Below are positions 1 through 9,929 of a stretch of 60,650 nucleotides of DNA, in pieces; position 1 is the stretch's first letter, and every line of letters starts with the position of its first letter. Origin of the DNA: Anaerolineales bacterium (GTDB lineage Bacteria; Chloroflexota; Anaerolineae; Anaerolineales; E44-bin32). The notes under the pieces were generated by a model that ran no database searches, was not told where the DNA came from, and saw only the letters and a program-made list of their open reading frames with translations. The translations under genes were made by a program, and so were the position numbers. The stretch covers positions 1 through 60,650 of the forward strand of contig JBFFMI010000002.1 of NCBI GenBank assembly GCA_041554155.1, given 5' to 3'.

Positions 1-1
1 C

Positions 2-586
2 TCCGATGGCGTGATGAAATTGATCCAGGAGGGCGTCATCAATAATGAAAAAAAGACCCTCCATCCCGGTAAAATCGTCGCCGGATTTATCCTCGGCTCT
101 AACACGCTTTATGATTTTGTTGACGATAATCCGATCGTCGAGTTGCACCCAACAGAATACGTGAACGACCCCTTCATCATCTCCCAGAACGATAAGATGG
201 TCTCCATAAATTCAGCAATCGAAGTTGACCTAACGGGACAGGTTTGCGCCGACAGTATCGGACCGAGGCTCTACTCCGGTGTTGGAGGCCAGCTGGATTT
301 CGTCTACGGTGCTTCTCGTAGTAAGGGAGGCAAACCGATCATCGCGCTTCCTTCCACAGCAACACCGGGAGGCGGGGAACCTGTGAGCCGCATTGTGTCT
401 ATGCTCAAACCCGGGGCAGGCGTGGTGACAACTCGCAACCATGTTCACTATGTCGCGACTGAATTCGGCATCGCCCATCTTTATGGCAAGACCATCAAGG
501 AACGCGCTAAGGCATTAATATCCATCGCACATCCTGACTTCAGGGATGAACTGGTATCCCGCGCAAAGGAATTAAATTATTTATGA
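2..586 (+). CDS. acetyl-CoA hydrolase/transferase family CoA-transferase (4-hydroxybutyrate or succinyl-CoA:acetate type), C-terminal part; 5' end off-window
   Basis: Frame is open from the window edge. The tail ([18 protein letters not shown]...[12 protein letters not shown]...[11 protein letters not shown]) matches the conserved C-terminal domain of this family. The stop overlaps the pyk start (ATGA at 583-586). Confidence 0.8.
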   Translation, partial: SDGVMKLIQEGVINNEKKTLHPGKIVAGFILGSNTLYDFVDDNPIVELHPTEYVNDPFIISQNDKMVSINSAIEVDLTGQVCADSIGPRLYSGVGGQLDFVYGASRSKGGKPIIALPSTATPGGGEPVSRIVSMLKPGAGVVTTRNHVHYVATEFGIAHLYGKTIKERAKALISIAHPDFRDELVSRAKELNYL

Positions 587-2007
587 TCAGGCGTTCTAAA
601 ATCATAGCTACGGTCGGTCCAGCCAGCGCAGAGCGAAGTATGCTCAAGCAGCTGCTCGAAGCAGGCATGGATGTGGCCAGATTGAACTTCTCCCATGGGG
701 ACCATCAAGGTCAGTTAGCGGTCCTGCAAAACCTGCGTTCTCTGAGCGATGAACTTAATCGTCCCATCGCCATCCTGCAGGATTTACAGGGACCCAAGCT
801 GCGCACCGGCATCCTGCCTGGTGCTGGAAAGGTACAAGTTGAAGAGGGACAAACGGTTGTGCTCACTACCGAAAAAACACCGAAGGACAGCTCGCATATC
901 CCGGTAACCTACAGCCGACTCGCAAAAGAAGTAGGCCCTGGCGATACGATCCTGATCAACGACGGGCGTATCGAGCTGCGGGTCCAGGACTGCGATGGGG
1001 ATCAGGTAAAGGCAGAGGTCATCGTTGGCGGGGAGATTGGTTCACGCAAGGGCATCAATGTCCCCCACGTGGCACTTTCAGCCGCATCCATTACAGAAAA
1101 AGACAGACGCGACTTGGCCTTTGGCCTGGCGCAAGGGGTAGACGCGATCGCGCTTTCCTTCGTACGACATGCGGATGATATCGTTAAGCTTCGAAAGCTG
1201 ATCACTGATACGCCTGATCAGGCTCAGTTTCCACTGCTCATTGCAAAACTGGAAAGACCTGAGTCAATCGATAACCTGGATGCGATCCTACAGGTGTGTG
1301 ATGGCGTGATGGTCGCACGCGGTGACCTCGGGGTCGAGGTTTCCCCGGAGCGAGTTCCCTCCCTGCAGAAGCAAATCATTCAAGAAGCGCTTGCGCGTCA
1401 GCGCTTTGTCATCACCGCAACACAGATGCTGGAATCGATGATCTCAAATCCTAAACCGACGCGCGCCGAGGCTTCCGATGTCGCAAATGCAGTCTTCGAT
1501 GGAAGCGACGTCCTGATGCTCTCCGGGGAAACGGCGGTTGGCCAGTATCCGAAAGCGGCCGTTTCCACTATGCACCGAATCATTGTTGACGCCGAGCAGC
1601 ACGCGTCTGAATGGGGGCAACAGCGTAAAGTTCGAAGCAGCACCGACGATGATGCCGTGGCAACGACGCATGCAGCCAGAGCTCTGGCACATGACCGCCA
1701 GGTAGCTGCGTTGGCAGTCTTCACACGTTCAGGTCGATCTGCCCACCTCCTTTCGAGTGTTCGTCCCAACGTGCCAATCCTGGCTTTCACCCCCGAAGTT
1801 CGGACATACCACCAGCTCTCCCTAGCATGGGGTGTCATACCCTATTTGATCGAAAAGGCACGCTCGGTCGAAGAGATGATCGCGCTTGTCCGGAAGGCTT
1901 GCCTTGAATCCGATTTTGTCTCGAAAGGTCAGCAGGTGGTTATGGTCGCAAGCTTACCGGTCGGCGAAATGGGACCACCAAACTTCACCCTCCTGCAGAA
2001 AGTCTGA
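583..2007 (+). CDS. pyk: pyruvate kinase
   Basis: 474 aa. Contains [29 protein letters not shown] and TQMLESM motifs plus a C-terminal regulatory domain. Confidence 0.93.
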   Translation: MIRRSKIIATVGPASAERSMLKQLLEAGMDVARLNFSHGDHQGQLAVLQNLRSLSDELNRPIAILQDLQGPKLRTGILPGAGKVQVEEGQTVVLTTEKTPKDSSHIPVTYSRLAKEVGPGDTILINDGRIELRVQDCDGDQVKAEVIVGGEIGSRKGINVPHVALSAASITEKDRRDLAFGLAQGVDAIALSFVRHADDIVKLRKLITDTPDQAQFPLLIAKLERPESIDNLDAILQVCDGVMVARGDLGVEVSPERVPSLQKQIIQEALARQRFVITATQMLESMISNPKPTRAEASDVANAVFDGSDVLMLSGETAVGQYPKAAVSTMHRIIVDAEQHASEWGQQRKVRSSTDDDAVATTHAARALAHDRQVAALAVFTRSGRSAHLLSSVRPNVPILAFTPEVRTYHQLSLAWGVIPYLIEKARSVEEMIALVRKACLESDFVSKGQQVVMVASLPVGEMGPPNFTLLQKV

Positions 2008-2119
2008 AACCAGCACGGTTGAGCTCTTAGGCGTTGACAGAGATCAACCGAGTGTACCCCGGCGTGTTGAATGCCTTATTCACCAAAATTGTCAGTGTCG
2101 AAGCGTGGCTTTGGTTAGA

Positions 2120-2920
2120 TCAACGAAGATAGGGCTCAAGAATATCGACCAACTCCTTGGCGACACTCTCGATATTTCCTTCAAGCCGCTGCCGCCGGCG
2201 ATCACGTATGGCGGCCTCTCGCATTCCTGTAACTCTCGTCGGGGATCCTTGAAGTCCTATGCGTCCATCCTCTGTTCCCAGATCTTTGGGTCCCCAGACC
2301 GTTACGGGCACCGTGTCAAATGCCTGTTCTTTAATCTCGTAGTCCATAAAACGGGGTTGATTGGCCGCGCTCTTCACGCTGAGCACTGCTGGCAGCGGGG
2401 TGCGTACGGTGGATCGACCACGTGAATCGCGTATGACTCTGATCCCCTCGATGTCGTCATCTTCAAATTGTGCTTTAACAGCCAAAGTCACTACCGGCCA
2501 AGCCAACCACTCTGCCAAGCCAGGTGGAACCTGTCCTGTCGCGCCATCGCTCGATTCTTCTCCACAAACGACGAGATCCACATCTCCCAGTTGTTGCACG
2601 GCTCTCGCGAGAACGTAGGTTGTAGCCAGGGGATCCGCGCCTGCAAAAGCTCGATCGCTCAGCAAGTAGAGCGCATCTGCCCCCATGGCTAGCCCCACTC
2701 GTAAAAAGGGCTCGAAAAACGCCGGGCCCATGGAGATGATGGAAAGTCTTGCACCGGATTGATCTTTCAACTGCAGGGCTAATTCAATCGCATTCATATC
2801 GGGCGGATTAATCTCGGAGCGAGCTTGTTCACGCTGAATTAGCATGGTTTCTGGATCGACCTGGATTTCTTCTGGCTTGGGTGTGACTTTCATGCAAACG
2901 ACGATGTGGCGATCAGACAT
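2120..2920 (-). CDS. etfB: electron transfer flavoprotein beta subunit (EtfB/FixA-like)
   Basis: The ORF 2120-3010 was trimmed to the internal ATG at 2918-2920 (MSDRHIVVCMKVTPKPEE...), which overlaps the etfA stop by 8 nt. Carries the typical EtfB NPxDxxAxE segment (EINPPDMNAIELAL). Confidence 0.85.
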   Translation of the reverse strand: MSDRHIVVCMKVTPKPEEIQVDPETMLIQREQARSEINPPDMNAIELALQLKDQSGARLSIISMGPAFFEPFLRVGLAMGADALYLLSDRAFAGADPLATTYVLARAVQQLGDVDLVVCGEESSDGATGQVPPGLAEWLAWPVVTLAVKAQFEDDDIEGIRVIRDSRGRSTVRTPLPAVLSVKSAANQPRFMDYEIKEQAFDTVPVTVWGPKDLGTEDGRIGLQGSPTRVTGMREAAIRDRRRQRLEGNIESVAKELVDILEPYLR

Positions 2921-3959
2921 GCGCCTTCTCCCTGCGCTCTTCCAAGGCGAGCATGAACGCCTGGAGGAACGCATTCGCGTCAGCGACAATGCCATAATCG
3001 GCGTATTCAAAGATCTGCGCCGCCGGGTCGCTATTTACCGCAATCACAAGATCTGCTTTTTCAATCCCAACTACAAAGTGAAAAGCACCGCTGATACCCA
3101 GGCAAAGTGCGATTTTCGGATTGCATACGACGCCTGTCTGACCGACCTGACGTTCCCGCTCGATATAGCCATCATCGACCGGAGGGCGTGTCGCGCCCAC
3201 CTCACCACTGAGTACATCCGCCAGCGCCCTCAATGATTCAAAGTCCCCTTCGATCCCTCGGCCCCCACAGATCAGGACTTCAGCCTGGGTTAGATCAATA
3301 GCCACATGATGATCTTGTTCGAGGATCTGCGTCCGAAAAGACTCATCGCTCATTCGGGCCTTCATCGGCACAATCTTGCCTTCACGGCTCAGGTCCGAAG
3401 TCGGGAGTGAGAAAACCCCGGGACGCACGGTGGAGATTTGAGGGCGATGGGAAGGGCATTCAAGCAGAGCCACGATCCCCCCTCCAAAGCCGGTTACCTC
3501 ACTAACCAGCAGCTTAGTTTCAGGATCGAGCAGAAGGTCCGTGCAATCGGCGTTTAACCCGGTCTGAAGGCGAACAGCCAGACGCCCAGCTAAGTCCCGT
3601 CCATCATGTGTCGCCCCGACCAGCAGCATACTCGGTTTCTCAGCGAGAATTGCATGTGTTGCGACTTCAGTGTACGCCTCTACATTAAAGGATGAGAGTC
3701 GCTCATCCTCGATGATCACGGCTTCATCAACACCATAGGTAAAAGCATGTCGTGCAAGTTCCTCGATCGAATGGCCAATCAGCAAGGCCGTCAAACTGGA
3801 CTGCGATTCGTCTGCCAGACTGCGTGCTTTTCCTAGCAATTCAAGTGAGACATTCGCCAGCCCTGCCTCGTTATGCTCGAGATAAACCCAGAGTGACGGA
3901 TTTTCTTCTGCCAGGGTGTATCCAGGTCCTGGCATGGCGTGCTTACTTTTCACTGTCAT
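2913..3959 (-). CDS. etfA: electron transfer flavoprotein alpha subunit (EtfA/FixB-like)
   Basis: 348 aa. The C-terminal FAD domain reads GGRGI...ATRPPVDDGY...QVGQTG..V.P.LY...GISGA.QH-like. No N-terminal ferredoxin domain. The start overlaps the stop of the upstream gene by 4 nt. Confidence 0.88.
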   Translation of the reverse strand: MTVKSKHAMPGPGYTLAEENPSLWVYLEHNEAGLANVSLELLGKARSLADESQSSLTALLIGHSIEELARHAFTYGVDEAVIIEDERLSSFNVEAYTEVATHAILAEKPSMLLVGATHDGRDLAGRLAVRLQTGLNADCTDLLLDPETKLLVSEVTGFGGGIVALLECPSHRPQISTVRPGVFSLPTSDLSREGKIVPMKARMSDESFRTQILEQDHHVAIDLTQAEVLICGGRGIEGDFESLRALADVLSGEVGATRPPVDDGYIERERQVGQTGVVCNPKIALCLGISGAFHFVVGIEKADLVIAVNSDPAAQIFEYADYGIVADANAFLQAFMLALEERREKAHV

Positions 3960-5122
3960 TCATGCTCCAGGTGCGCATACACGACTTCGATAACATCAAG
4001 GACAGGCAAACTTTCACCTTCCACAACCTTCATGCTGTCTTCGAGGCAAGCGATGCATAGTGGACATGCGGTAACAAGCATGCTTGCCCCCGTCCGACGG
4101 GCTTGCTCCACCCGGATATCACCAAACCTCTCGCCGGGTAGTGTTTCTAAGTACATCCTTCCACCACCGCCTCCGCAACATAGCGCATCATCCCTTTCTT
4201 GCTCCATAGGGATGAGTTCAACGCCGGGAATGGCCTGTAAGATCTTGCGCGGTGCGTCGTATTCTCCACTGCCCCGGCCAAGCAAGCACGGGTCGTGGTA
4301 GGTCAGGCAAAGATCATCTCTGGCGGTAAGATTCAACCTCCCGCTGTCGGTCAGGTCGGCTACGAACTGGGTTATGTGTGTCACCTCGATGCTGTCAATC
4401 AACCCATCATACTGGTGCCGGAACACATCAAAGCAGTGTGGAGAAAGCACGATCATTTGCTGTACCCGATTTTGCTTAAATATCGTCTTCGCCAGATTGG
4501 CCATGTCCTCAAAGAAAGGCCTATGCCCCAGGCGCAGCACACTTTCCCCACAGCAAGGTTCATCCAGCCCAAGGATGCCAAATCGAATGCCAGCCGAGCC
4601 GAGAATTTTCACAGCAGCTCTTGCGACGGCTTGAGCCCGACGGTCATAGGATGCCGTGCAGCCGATATATAAAAGCCAATCATGCTGTGCGGCATCGAAT
4701 GCTGGGATGTCCAGGTCAACTGCCCAATCCAGGCGAGCCGAAGGGGGTTGACCCAGGGGGTTATTATTCCAATAGCAAGACCATAGTGTGCTGGGTAGCG
4801 CGTGCAGTTGATCGCGAGCTTTCCAGAGCAAGTAGCGCAAATTGCTGATGACCTCGCTGATGGGAACACCGCGTGGACAGGAAGCTTCACATTGGAGGCA
4901 GCCGCTACAAAGCCATAAAGTATCCAATTCTTGCATGTTTCCTAATTGAGCTGCCCGCAGGATGCCGCGTACATCGAAGCCCCCTTCTCTGGTCTCTCCC
5001 CAGGGGCACATCGCTGTACAAACCCCGCATTGAAAACAGGGGGCCGCTGCCCCATTGGTGAGTGTGTGGATTTCTTGCCACAACACATCATCCAGGAGGA
5101 TGATCTCGCTGTCTTCAATCAT
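3956..5122 (-). CDS. HdrD-like (fused HdrC/HdrB-type) Fe-S oxidoreductase with two CCG domains
   Basis: 388 aa. Two CxxCxxCxxxCP motifs (CFQCGVCTAMCP, CSGCLQCEASCP), followed by cysteine-rich CCG motifs (EPCCG..., HDPC, LCCGGGGG, TACPLC). No obvious transmembrane helices. Confidence 0.8.
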   Translation of the reverse strand: MIEDSEIILLDDVLWQEIHTLTNGAAAPCFQCGVCTAMCPWGETREGGFDVRGILRAAQLGNMQELDTLWLCSGCLQCEASCPRGVPISEVISNLRYLLWKARDQLHALPSTLWSCYWNNNPLGQPPSARLDWAVDLDIPAFDAAQHDWLLYIGCTASYDRRAQAVARAAVKILGSAGIRFGILGLDEPCCGESVLRLGHRPFFEDMANLAKTIFKQNRVQQMIVLSPHCFDVFRHQYDGLIDSIEVTHITQFVADLTDSGRLNLTARDDLCLTYHDPCLLGRGSGEYDAPRKILQAIPGVELIPMEQERDDALCCGGGGGRMYLETLPGERFGDIRVEQARRTGASMLVTACPLCIACLEDSMKVVEGESLPVLDVIEVVYAHLEHE

Positions 5123-5167
5123 AGGTTTTATCCAGAATCTGCATACCGCGTTCTGCCTCTCTCATCA

Positions 5168-8100
5168 TCATTCGATAACTGTGGAAGCTTTTTGCAGATT
5201 GGCGCGCAGAATTTCATCCATCTCACTGATCTTCTCAGCAAACTCCTTGCCTTCTGCTGCAGATATCCAGCGAAGCTGAAGGCGCTCCGGTGCAATTCCT
5301 TTACGCTCGTACTTTCGACTCCAATGCTTAAAACGCTTATCGGTGAGCCGATTGGCATAGTTGTAATGACAATCAGATCCCGTTTCCGTAAGCCGACAAC
5401 CTGTTATGAGTACCGCACCTGCGCTCCTTTCGAATGCGCGCTCGATAAAGGATTCCTCGAAGCGCGCAGAGCACATCGTGCGAATGATCCTGGCAGATGA
5501 TGGGTATTGACGTTTTTCAATCCCTGCAAGGTCGGCACCGGCATACGAGCACCAGTTGCAGGTGAAAACAAGGCACTTTTCAGCCGGTCGGTCTTCAAGC
5601 GCAGCATCCACCTGGGCTAATATTTGATCCTTTGTAAAATAGGGCATGTCGATGGCGGAGAAATTGCATTCCGCTGCGCATGTACCACATCCCATGCAAG
5701 CCGCCTCGTGGATCCGGACCACGCCCTCCTTCACAGGTCCCGTCGGTTCAATTGCGCCAAAGGGGCAAACTTTTACGCAGCGCATGCAACCGATACAAAG
5801 CTCTTCATCAACAATAGCTGTAAGAGGCTCCTTGGAGATCACCCCATGCGCCAGGAGTGCGCCGGCCTTACCGGCGGATGCCAATGCTTGCGCGATCGAC
5901 TCGCGCACATCCTTGGCTCCCTGGGCTGCACCTGCCAGGTAAATTCCCTGGCTTGCAGTCTCAGCAGGGCCCAGTTTTGGATGCAGCTCCATATAAAAAC
6001 CATCTTCGCTGCGCGATAGCTTGAGCTGCTCATCAAGGTTGTCGGTCGTTGGTTCTAGACCCACAACGAGGACGAGAAGATCTGTCGGGATCTGAATTCT
6101 TGCTCGCGAGAGTTCGTCCAATACCTCAAGACTCCCATCCTGATACTTGAGCACGGATTGGGGCGTTTGTTCAGAGTCGTAGCGGAAGAATTGCACCCCG
6201 GCCCGCGCCGCTTCTTCAAACAGTTCTTCAGCCTGCCGGCTATAGGTACGGATGTCCTTCGATACGACCCGGACAGATTTTCCAGTCTGACGGAGCCGTA
6301 GCGCCTGGTCGATCATGGATGTGCAACAATAGCGCGAACAACCCATGGTTCCCGCTCGTGAACCCACGCAAGAGATGAAGGTAATATGATCTGCATCCAG
6401 TTTGCGGGAAGTTAGCAAAGTTTCCAATTCAAGGTTCGTAATAACGGTCGGATCATCGCCATAACCAAATTCGTCTGGCTGATAGGTTTTAGATCCGGTT
6501 GCGACTACCAGCGCGCCTGCTTCGATATCCGCGCCATCGCTAAGCCTTGCCTTGAAACTCCCGACTATCCCACCGATCGTTTCCACCTCGGTTCCGAGGT
6601 GAAGTTTAACTTTCGCCTGTTTGAGTTCACGCTTTTTTGCTCGTAGCAAATCTTTGGCTTTGATCCCGGATGGCGACAGGACATCTAATTGCCGCAACAT
6701 ACCACCCAGTTCAGAATCTCGCTCTACTAGATCAGTCTTGAAGCCCTGGCGGGATAGTGCAACTGCTGCATTCATGCCCGCCACGCCACCACCGATGACC
6801 AGCACGCTTTGGTTAAGTGGAAGTTCACGGATTTCTAGTGGCTCAAGCCTGCGTGCTTTTTCGACCGCCATCGCCACCATATCCTTGGCTTTCGCAGTGG
6901 CTTCCTCTTTCTCGTGTTTATGAACCCAGGAATCCATATTCCGGATATTGGCCATCTCAAGCAGGAAAGGGTTTAGCCCAGCACGTTGCATTACGCCTCG
7001 AAATATGGACTCATGCGTCTTGGGAGAACAGGCTGCGATCACCACCCGGTTGATGCGATGTTCCCGAATCGAATCTTCAATTTCCTTCTGCGTATTCCCT
7101 GCGCAGGAGAACATCTGATCGGACACGTACATTACATCGGGTAGGGTCCTGGCATAGGTGACGAGTTCTTGAATATCGATAACCCCAGCGATATTCGAAC
7201 CACAATGACAGACAAAGACGCCAACGCGAGCAGTATCGATGTCTTCCATAGGTTCGACTTCAGGCGGCGCCTGCCATTGCCTTTCATCGACAAAGGCCAT
7301 TGCCAGGGCTGCCGCACCACTGCCTTCTGCTACACTGTCCGGTATGTCCTTTGGTCCACTCGCACATCCGGCAGCGAATATGCCCGGTCGAGTCGTTGAA
7401 ATTAACCCGGATATTTCTTCATGCGCCAACAGGAAACCATCTTGATCCAGCGCAATACCAAGCTTTTCCGCAAGCGTCTGTAACCCTTCCTGGGGCAATA
7501 CGGCATTGGCCAGTACAACCATGTCGTACGCATCTGTACGCCTTATGCCGACCTTTGTATCTTCATAGGAGACAGCCAGGGAACCATTCCCATTCGGAGT
7601 TATGCGCGCGGGACGCCCTCGAATATAGGTGGCGCCCTCTGCCTGTGTGCGCTCCTTGAAGCCGTCGAACCCCTTCCCATATGCGCGCAAATCCATATAC
7701 ATGATATGCACATCCTCAACACCATGATCTAGCGCTTGATAGGCGTGTTTGAGAGAGTACATACAGCAGAAGCGGGAGCAGTAGCGCGCGTAGCGCCGGT
7801 CACGGGAACCTACGCAAAGGACAAATAAGAGTTTGTGAGGATGCTCGCCATCGGATGGACGCAGGATCTCACCACCGGTCGGTCCAGCTGAATTGACCAA
7901 TCGCTCAAATTCGAGCGCAGTGAGAATATCTGGATGCTGGCCGTAACCCCACGTTGTTAAGTGGCGCGGATCGAAGCTGTCGTAGCCGACAGCAACGATC
8001 ACCGCGCCAACCCTTCGCGCCAGGATTTGCTCTTCAGGCTGCATAAAATCGATGGCGCCAGGAGGGCAAACATCGACGCAGCGATTACAGGGAATGTAAT

Positions 8101-8569
8101 TCGGGGGTTGGTTTAAACATTGCTCGATATCAATCAGGTATTCACCCGGTACGCTCTGCGGGATAGGAGTATAAATAGCCTTGCGAGCCGCCATCCCTGA
8201 ATCAAATTCATTGGGCACAACAATAGAGCAAACCGGTGTACAATCACCGCAGCGCGTACAAGCGTCAGTGACATACCGACCTCTTTGACGAATGGTTGCG
8301 GTGAAGTCACCGACATCCCCCTCTAATTTATCCAACTCTGCAAGAGAGATCACTTCGATGTTGGGGTGTAGATCGACTTCCGACATCTTGGGTGCCTCAA
8401 TGCAGATGGAACAATCCAGTGTGGGGAAGTTTTTATCGAGTACAGCCATGATCCCACCGATGGTTGGCTGTTTCTCAACGAGAACGACCTGTGCACCTGC
8501 ATGTGCAAGGTCAAGCGAAGCCTGGATGCCTGCTATGCCTCCACCCAAAACCAGTACTGAATCACTCAT
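5168..8569 (-). CDS. tandem HdrA-like flavoprotein fused to an MvhD/FlpD domain (heterodisulfide reductase subunit A-like)
   Basis: 1133 aa. Module 1: GGGIAGIQASLDLA, LDKNFPTLDCSIC, inserted Cys clusters, CVGSRDRRYARYCSRFCC. Module 2 (from about 6815): IGGGVAGMNAA, CVGSRAGTMGCSRYCC, 2x CxxCxxCxxxCP. The C-terminal FTCNWCSYAGADLAG...ITGC (about 5168-5580) is an MvhD-type domain. Confidence 0.85.
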   Translation of the reverse strand: MSDSVLVLGGGIAGIQASLDLAHAGAQVVLVEKQPTIGGIMAVLDKNFPTLDCSICIEAPKMSEVDLHPNIEVISLAELDKLEGDVGDFTATIRQRGRYVTDACTRCGDCTPVCSIVVPNEFDSGMAARKAIYTPIPQSVPGEYLIDIEQCLNQPPNYIPCNRCVDVCPPGAIDFMQPEEQILARRVGAVIVAVGYDSFDPRHLTTWGYGQHPDILTALEFERLVNSAGPTGGEILRPSDGEHPHKLLFVLCVGSRDRRYARYCSRFCCMYSLKHAYQALDHGVEDVHIMYMDLRAYGKGFDGFKERTQAEGATYIRGRPARITPNGNGSLAVSYEDTKVGIRRTDAYDMVVLANAVLPQEGLQTLAEKLGIALDQDGFLLAHEEISGLISTTRPGIFAAGCASGPKDIPDSVAEGSGAAALAMAFVDERQWQAPPEVEPMEDIDTARVGVFVCHCGSNIAGVIDIQELVTYARTLPDVMYVSDQMFSCAGNTQKEIEDSIREHRINRVVIAACSPKTHESIFRGVMQRAGLNPFLLEMANIRNMDSWVHKHEKEEATAKAKDMVAMAVEKARRLEPLEIRELPLNQSVLVIGGGVAGMNAAVALSRQGFKTDLVERDSELGGMLRQLDVLSPSGIKAKDLLRAKKRELKQAKVKLHLGTEVETIGGIVGSFKARLSDGADIEAGALVVATGSKTYQPDEFGYGDDPTVITNLELETLLTSRKLDADHITFISCVGSRAGTMGCSRYCCTSMIDQALRLRQTGKSVRVVSKDIRTYSRQAEELFEEAARAGVQFFRYDSEQTPQSVLKYQDGSLEVLDELSRARIQIPTDLLVLVVGLEPTTDNLDEQLKLSRSEDGFYMELHPKLGPAETASQGIYLAGAAQGAKDVRESIAQALASAGKAGALLAHGVISKEPLTAIVDEELCIGCMRCVKVCPFGAIEPTGPVKEGVVRIHEAACMGCGTCAAECNFSAIDMPYFTKDQILAQVDAALEDRPAEKCLVFTCNWCSYAGADLAGIEKRQYPSSARIIRTMCSARFEESFIERAFERSAGAVLITGCRLTETGSDCHYNYANRLTDKRFKHWSRKYERKGIAPERLQLRWISAAEGKEFAEKISEMDEILRANLQKASTVIE

Positions 8570-9102
8570 GAAGCTTGCTCCAGCTGGACTTGCTGATAAC
8601 CAAGTTCTAATGCCTCCAGATTCAGCTTAAGCACCGATTCTTTCACGGTTGTACGGATAGCCTGTTCAAGCGCCTCACGCTGCACGACCTTTGTGGAACC
8701 GCACAAAAAACCGAGCATAACCACGTTCGCCACGATCCTGCGACCGAGACCTTCGGCAAGATCGGTTGCTCGAATCGCGAGTGCGCGATCACCTTGCCGT
8801 GGCGATACCAATCCGCTATCGATCAAAACCGTAGCTTGTTCGACAGTCTGCACCCGGTAGCGATGGTATGCCTCTTGCGAGAGTGCCACGAAAATGTCTG
8901 CCTTCTGGACAAACGGGTAGGCGATACTGCGATCTGCCACGACGATATTGGAAGAGGAAGCGCCGCCTCTAGCCTCGGGACCGTAGGACTGGGTCATCAC
9001 AGCTTCCAAACCCTGGTAAAGGGCAAAGGCTTTTCCAAGCAGATACCCGGCGAGCACCACACCCTGCCCGCCAAATCCGGAGATGCGAATTTCATGTCGC
9101 AT
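8566..9102 (-). CDS. 2-oxoacid:ferredoxin oxidoreductase gamma subunit (set 1)
   Basis: 178 aa. Carries the [14 protein letters not shown] motif typical of Por/Kor gamma. The stop overlaps the HdrA-like start by 4 nt. Confidence 0.85.
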   Translation of the reverse strand: MRHEIRISGFGGQGVVLAGYLLGKAFALYQGLEAVMTQSYGPEARGGASSSNIVVADRSIAYPFVQKADIFVALSQEAYHRYRVQTVEQATVLIDSGLVSPRQGDRALAIRATDLAEGLGRRIVANVVMLGFLCGSTKVVQREALEQAIRTTVKESVLKLNLEALELGYQQVQLEQAS

Positions 9103-9928
9103 TCCCCAGCTCCAGTCTTACGGGTGCATAGGGTGGGGCTTCGCGATCCACGAACCGACCCACGAAGATGGGTTGATCACCATGCAGATCAATTCCGAGT
9201 TGATCCAGTGAGACTCCCTCGGCGATCTCACAGCGATCACGATAGAGCTGTAACTCGTCGATCGCGTCGGCCAATTGATTGGATCGTCCAAAACCAATGG
9301 GGCAAGGGACAAGCGCTTCGATGAAAGAAAATCCTGGTTTTTGAAAAGCATACAGGATGTCCTGGCGGATCTCGCGCACATGAATGGATGTCCAACGCGA
9401 TACAAAATTCGCACCAGCAGCCCAGAGCAAGTTAACGAGATTGAACGGCAATTCAGGACAACCATAGGGGGTGGTGGAAGTCCTCGCCCCTGGCGGAGTC
9501 GTCGGGCCGGATTGGCCACCCGTCATGCCGTAATTAAAATTGTTCGTACATATAACCGTCAGATCCACATTCCGACGTGCAGCGTGGATCAAGTGATTGC
9601 CGCCAATCGCGGCCAGATCGCCGTCCCCGCTGAAGACTGTGACGTGTAGATCGGGATTTGCTAACTTCAGACCAATGGCGAAAGGAATCGCACGCCCATG
9701 GGTCGTGTGATAGGAATCAATATTCATATAGCCGGCCACCCGGCCAGAGCACCCGATCCCGGAAACCACCACATGCCGATCCGCTGAATCGCCGAACATT
9801 TGGATCGCATGGGCGTAGCAGCGCATGACAACTCCGATGCCACAGCCCGGGCACCAAATATGTGGCATTCGATCAGCACGGATGAGAGTATCCAGCGGAT
9901 GAGTCTCTACCTGGATCGGAGCGACCAT
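9092..9928 (-). CDS. 2-oxoacid:ferredoxin oxidoreductase beta subunit (TPP-binding, set 1)
   Basis: 278 aa. WCPGCG near the N-terminus and a GDGD...NN..YGMTGGQ TPP motif. Confidence 0.88.
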   Translation of the reverse strand: MVAPIQVETHPLDTLIRADRMPHIWCPGCGIGVVMRCYAHAIQMFGDSADRHVVVSGIGCSGRVAGYMNIDSYHTTHGRAIPFAIGLKLANPDLHVTVFSGDGDLAAIGGNHLIHAARRNVDLTVICTNNFNYGMTGGQSGPTTPPGARTSTTPYGCPELPFNLVNLLWAAGANFVSRWTSIHVREIRQDILYAFQKPGFSFIEALVPCPIGFGRSNQLADAIDELQLYRDRCEIAEGVSLDQLGIDLHGDQPIFVGRFVDREAPPYAPVRLELGNAT

Positions 9929-9929
9929 A

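Noticed and set aside
1886-2425. 179-aa plus-strand ORF bridging the pyk 3' end and the etfB region
   Set aside because: It overlaps two well-supported genes (an alternative frame of pyk and antisense to etfB) and has no family resemblance.
5168-8569. Looked for a selenocysteine UGA in the HdrA/MvhD gene, given that selD uses Sec
   Set aside because: The 1133-aa frame is uninterrupted and the relevant positions encode Cys.
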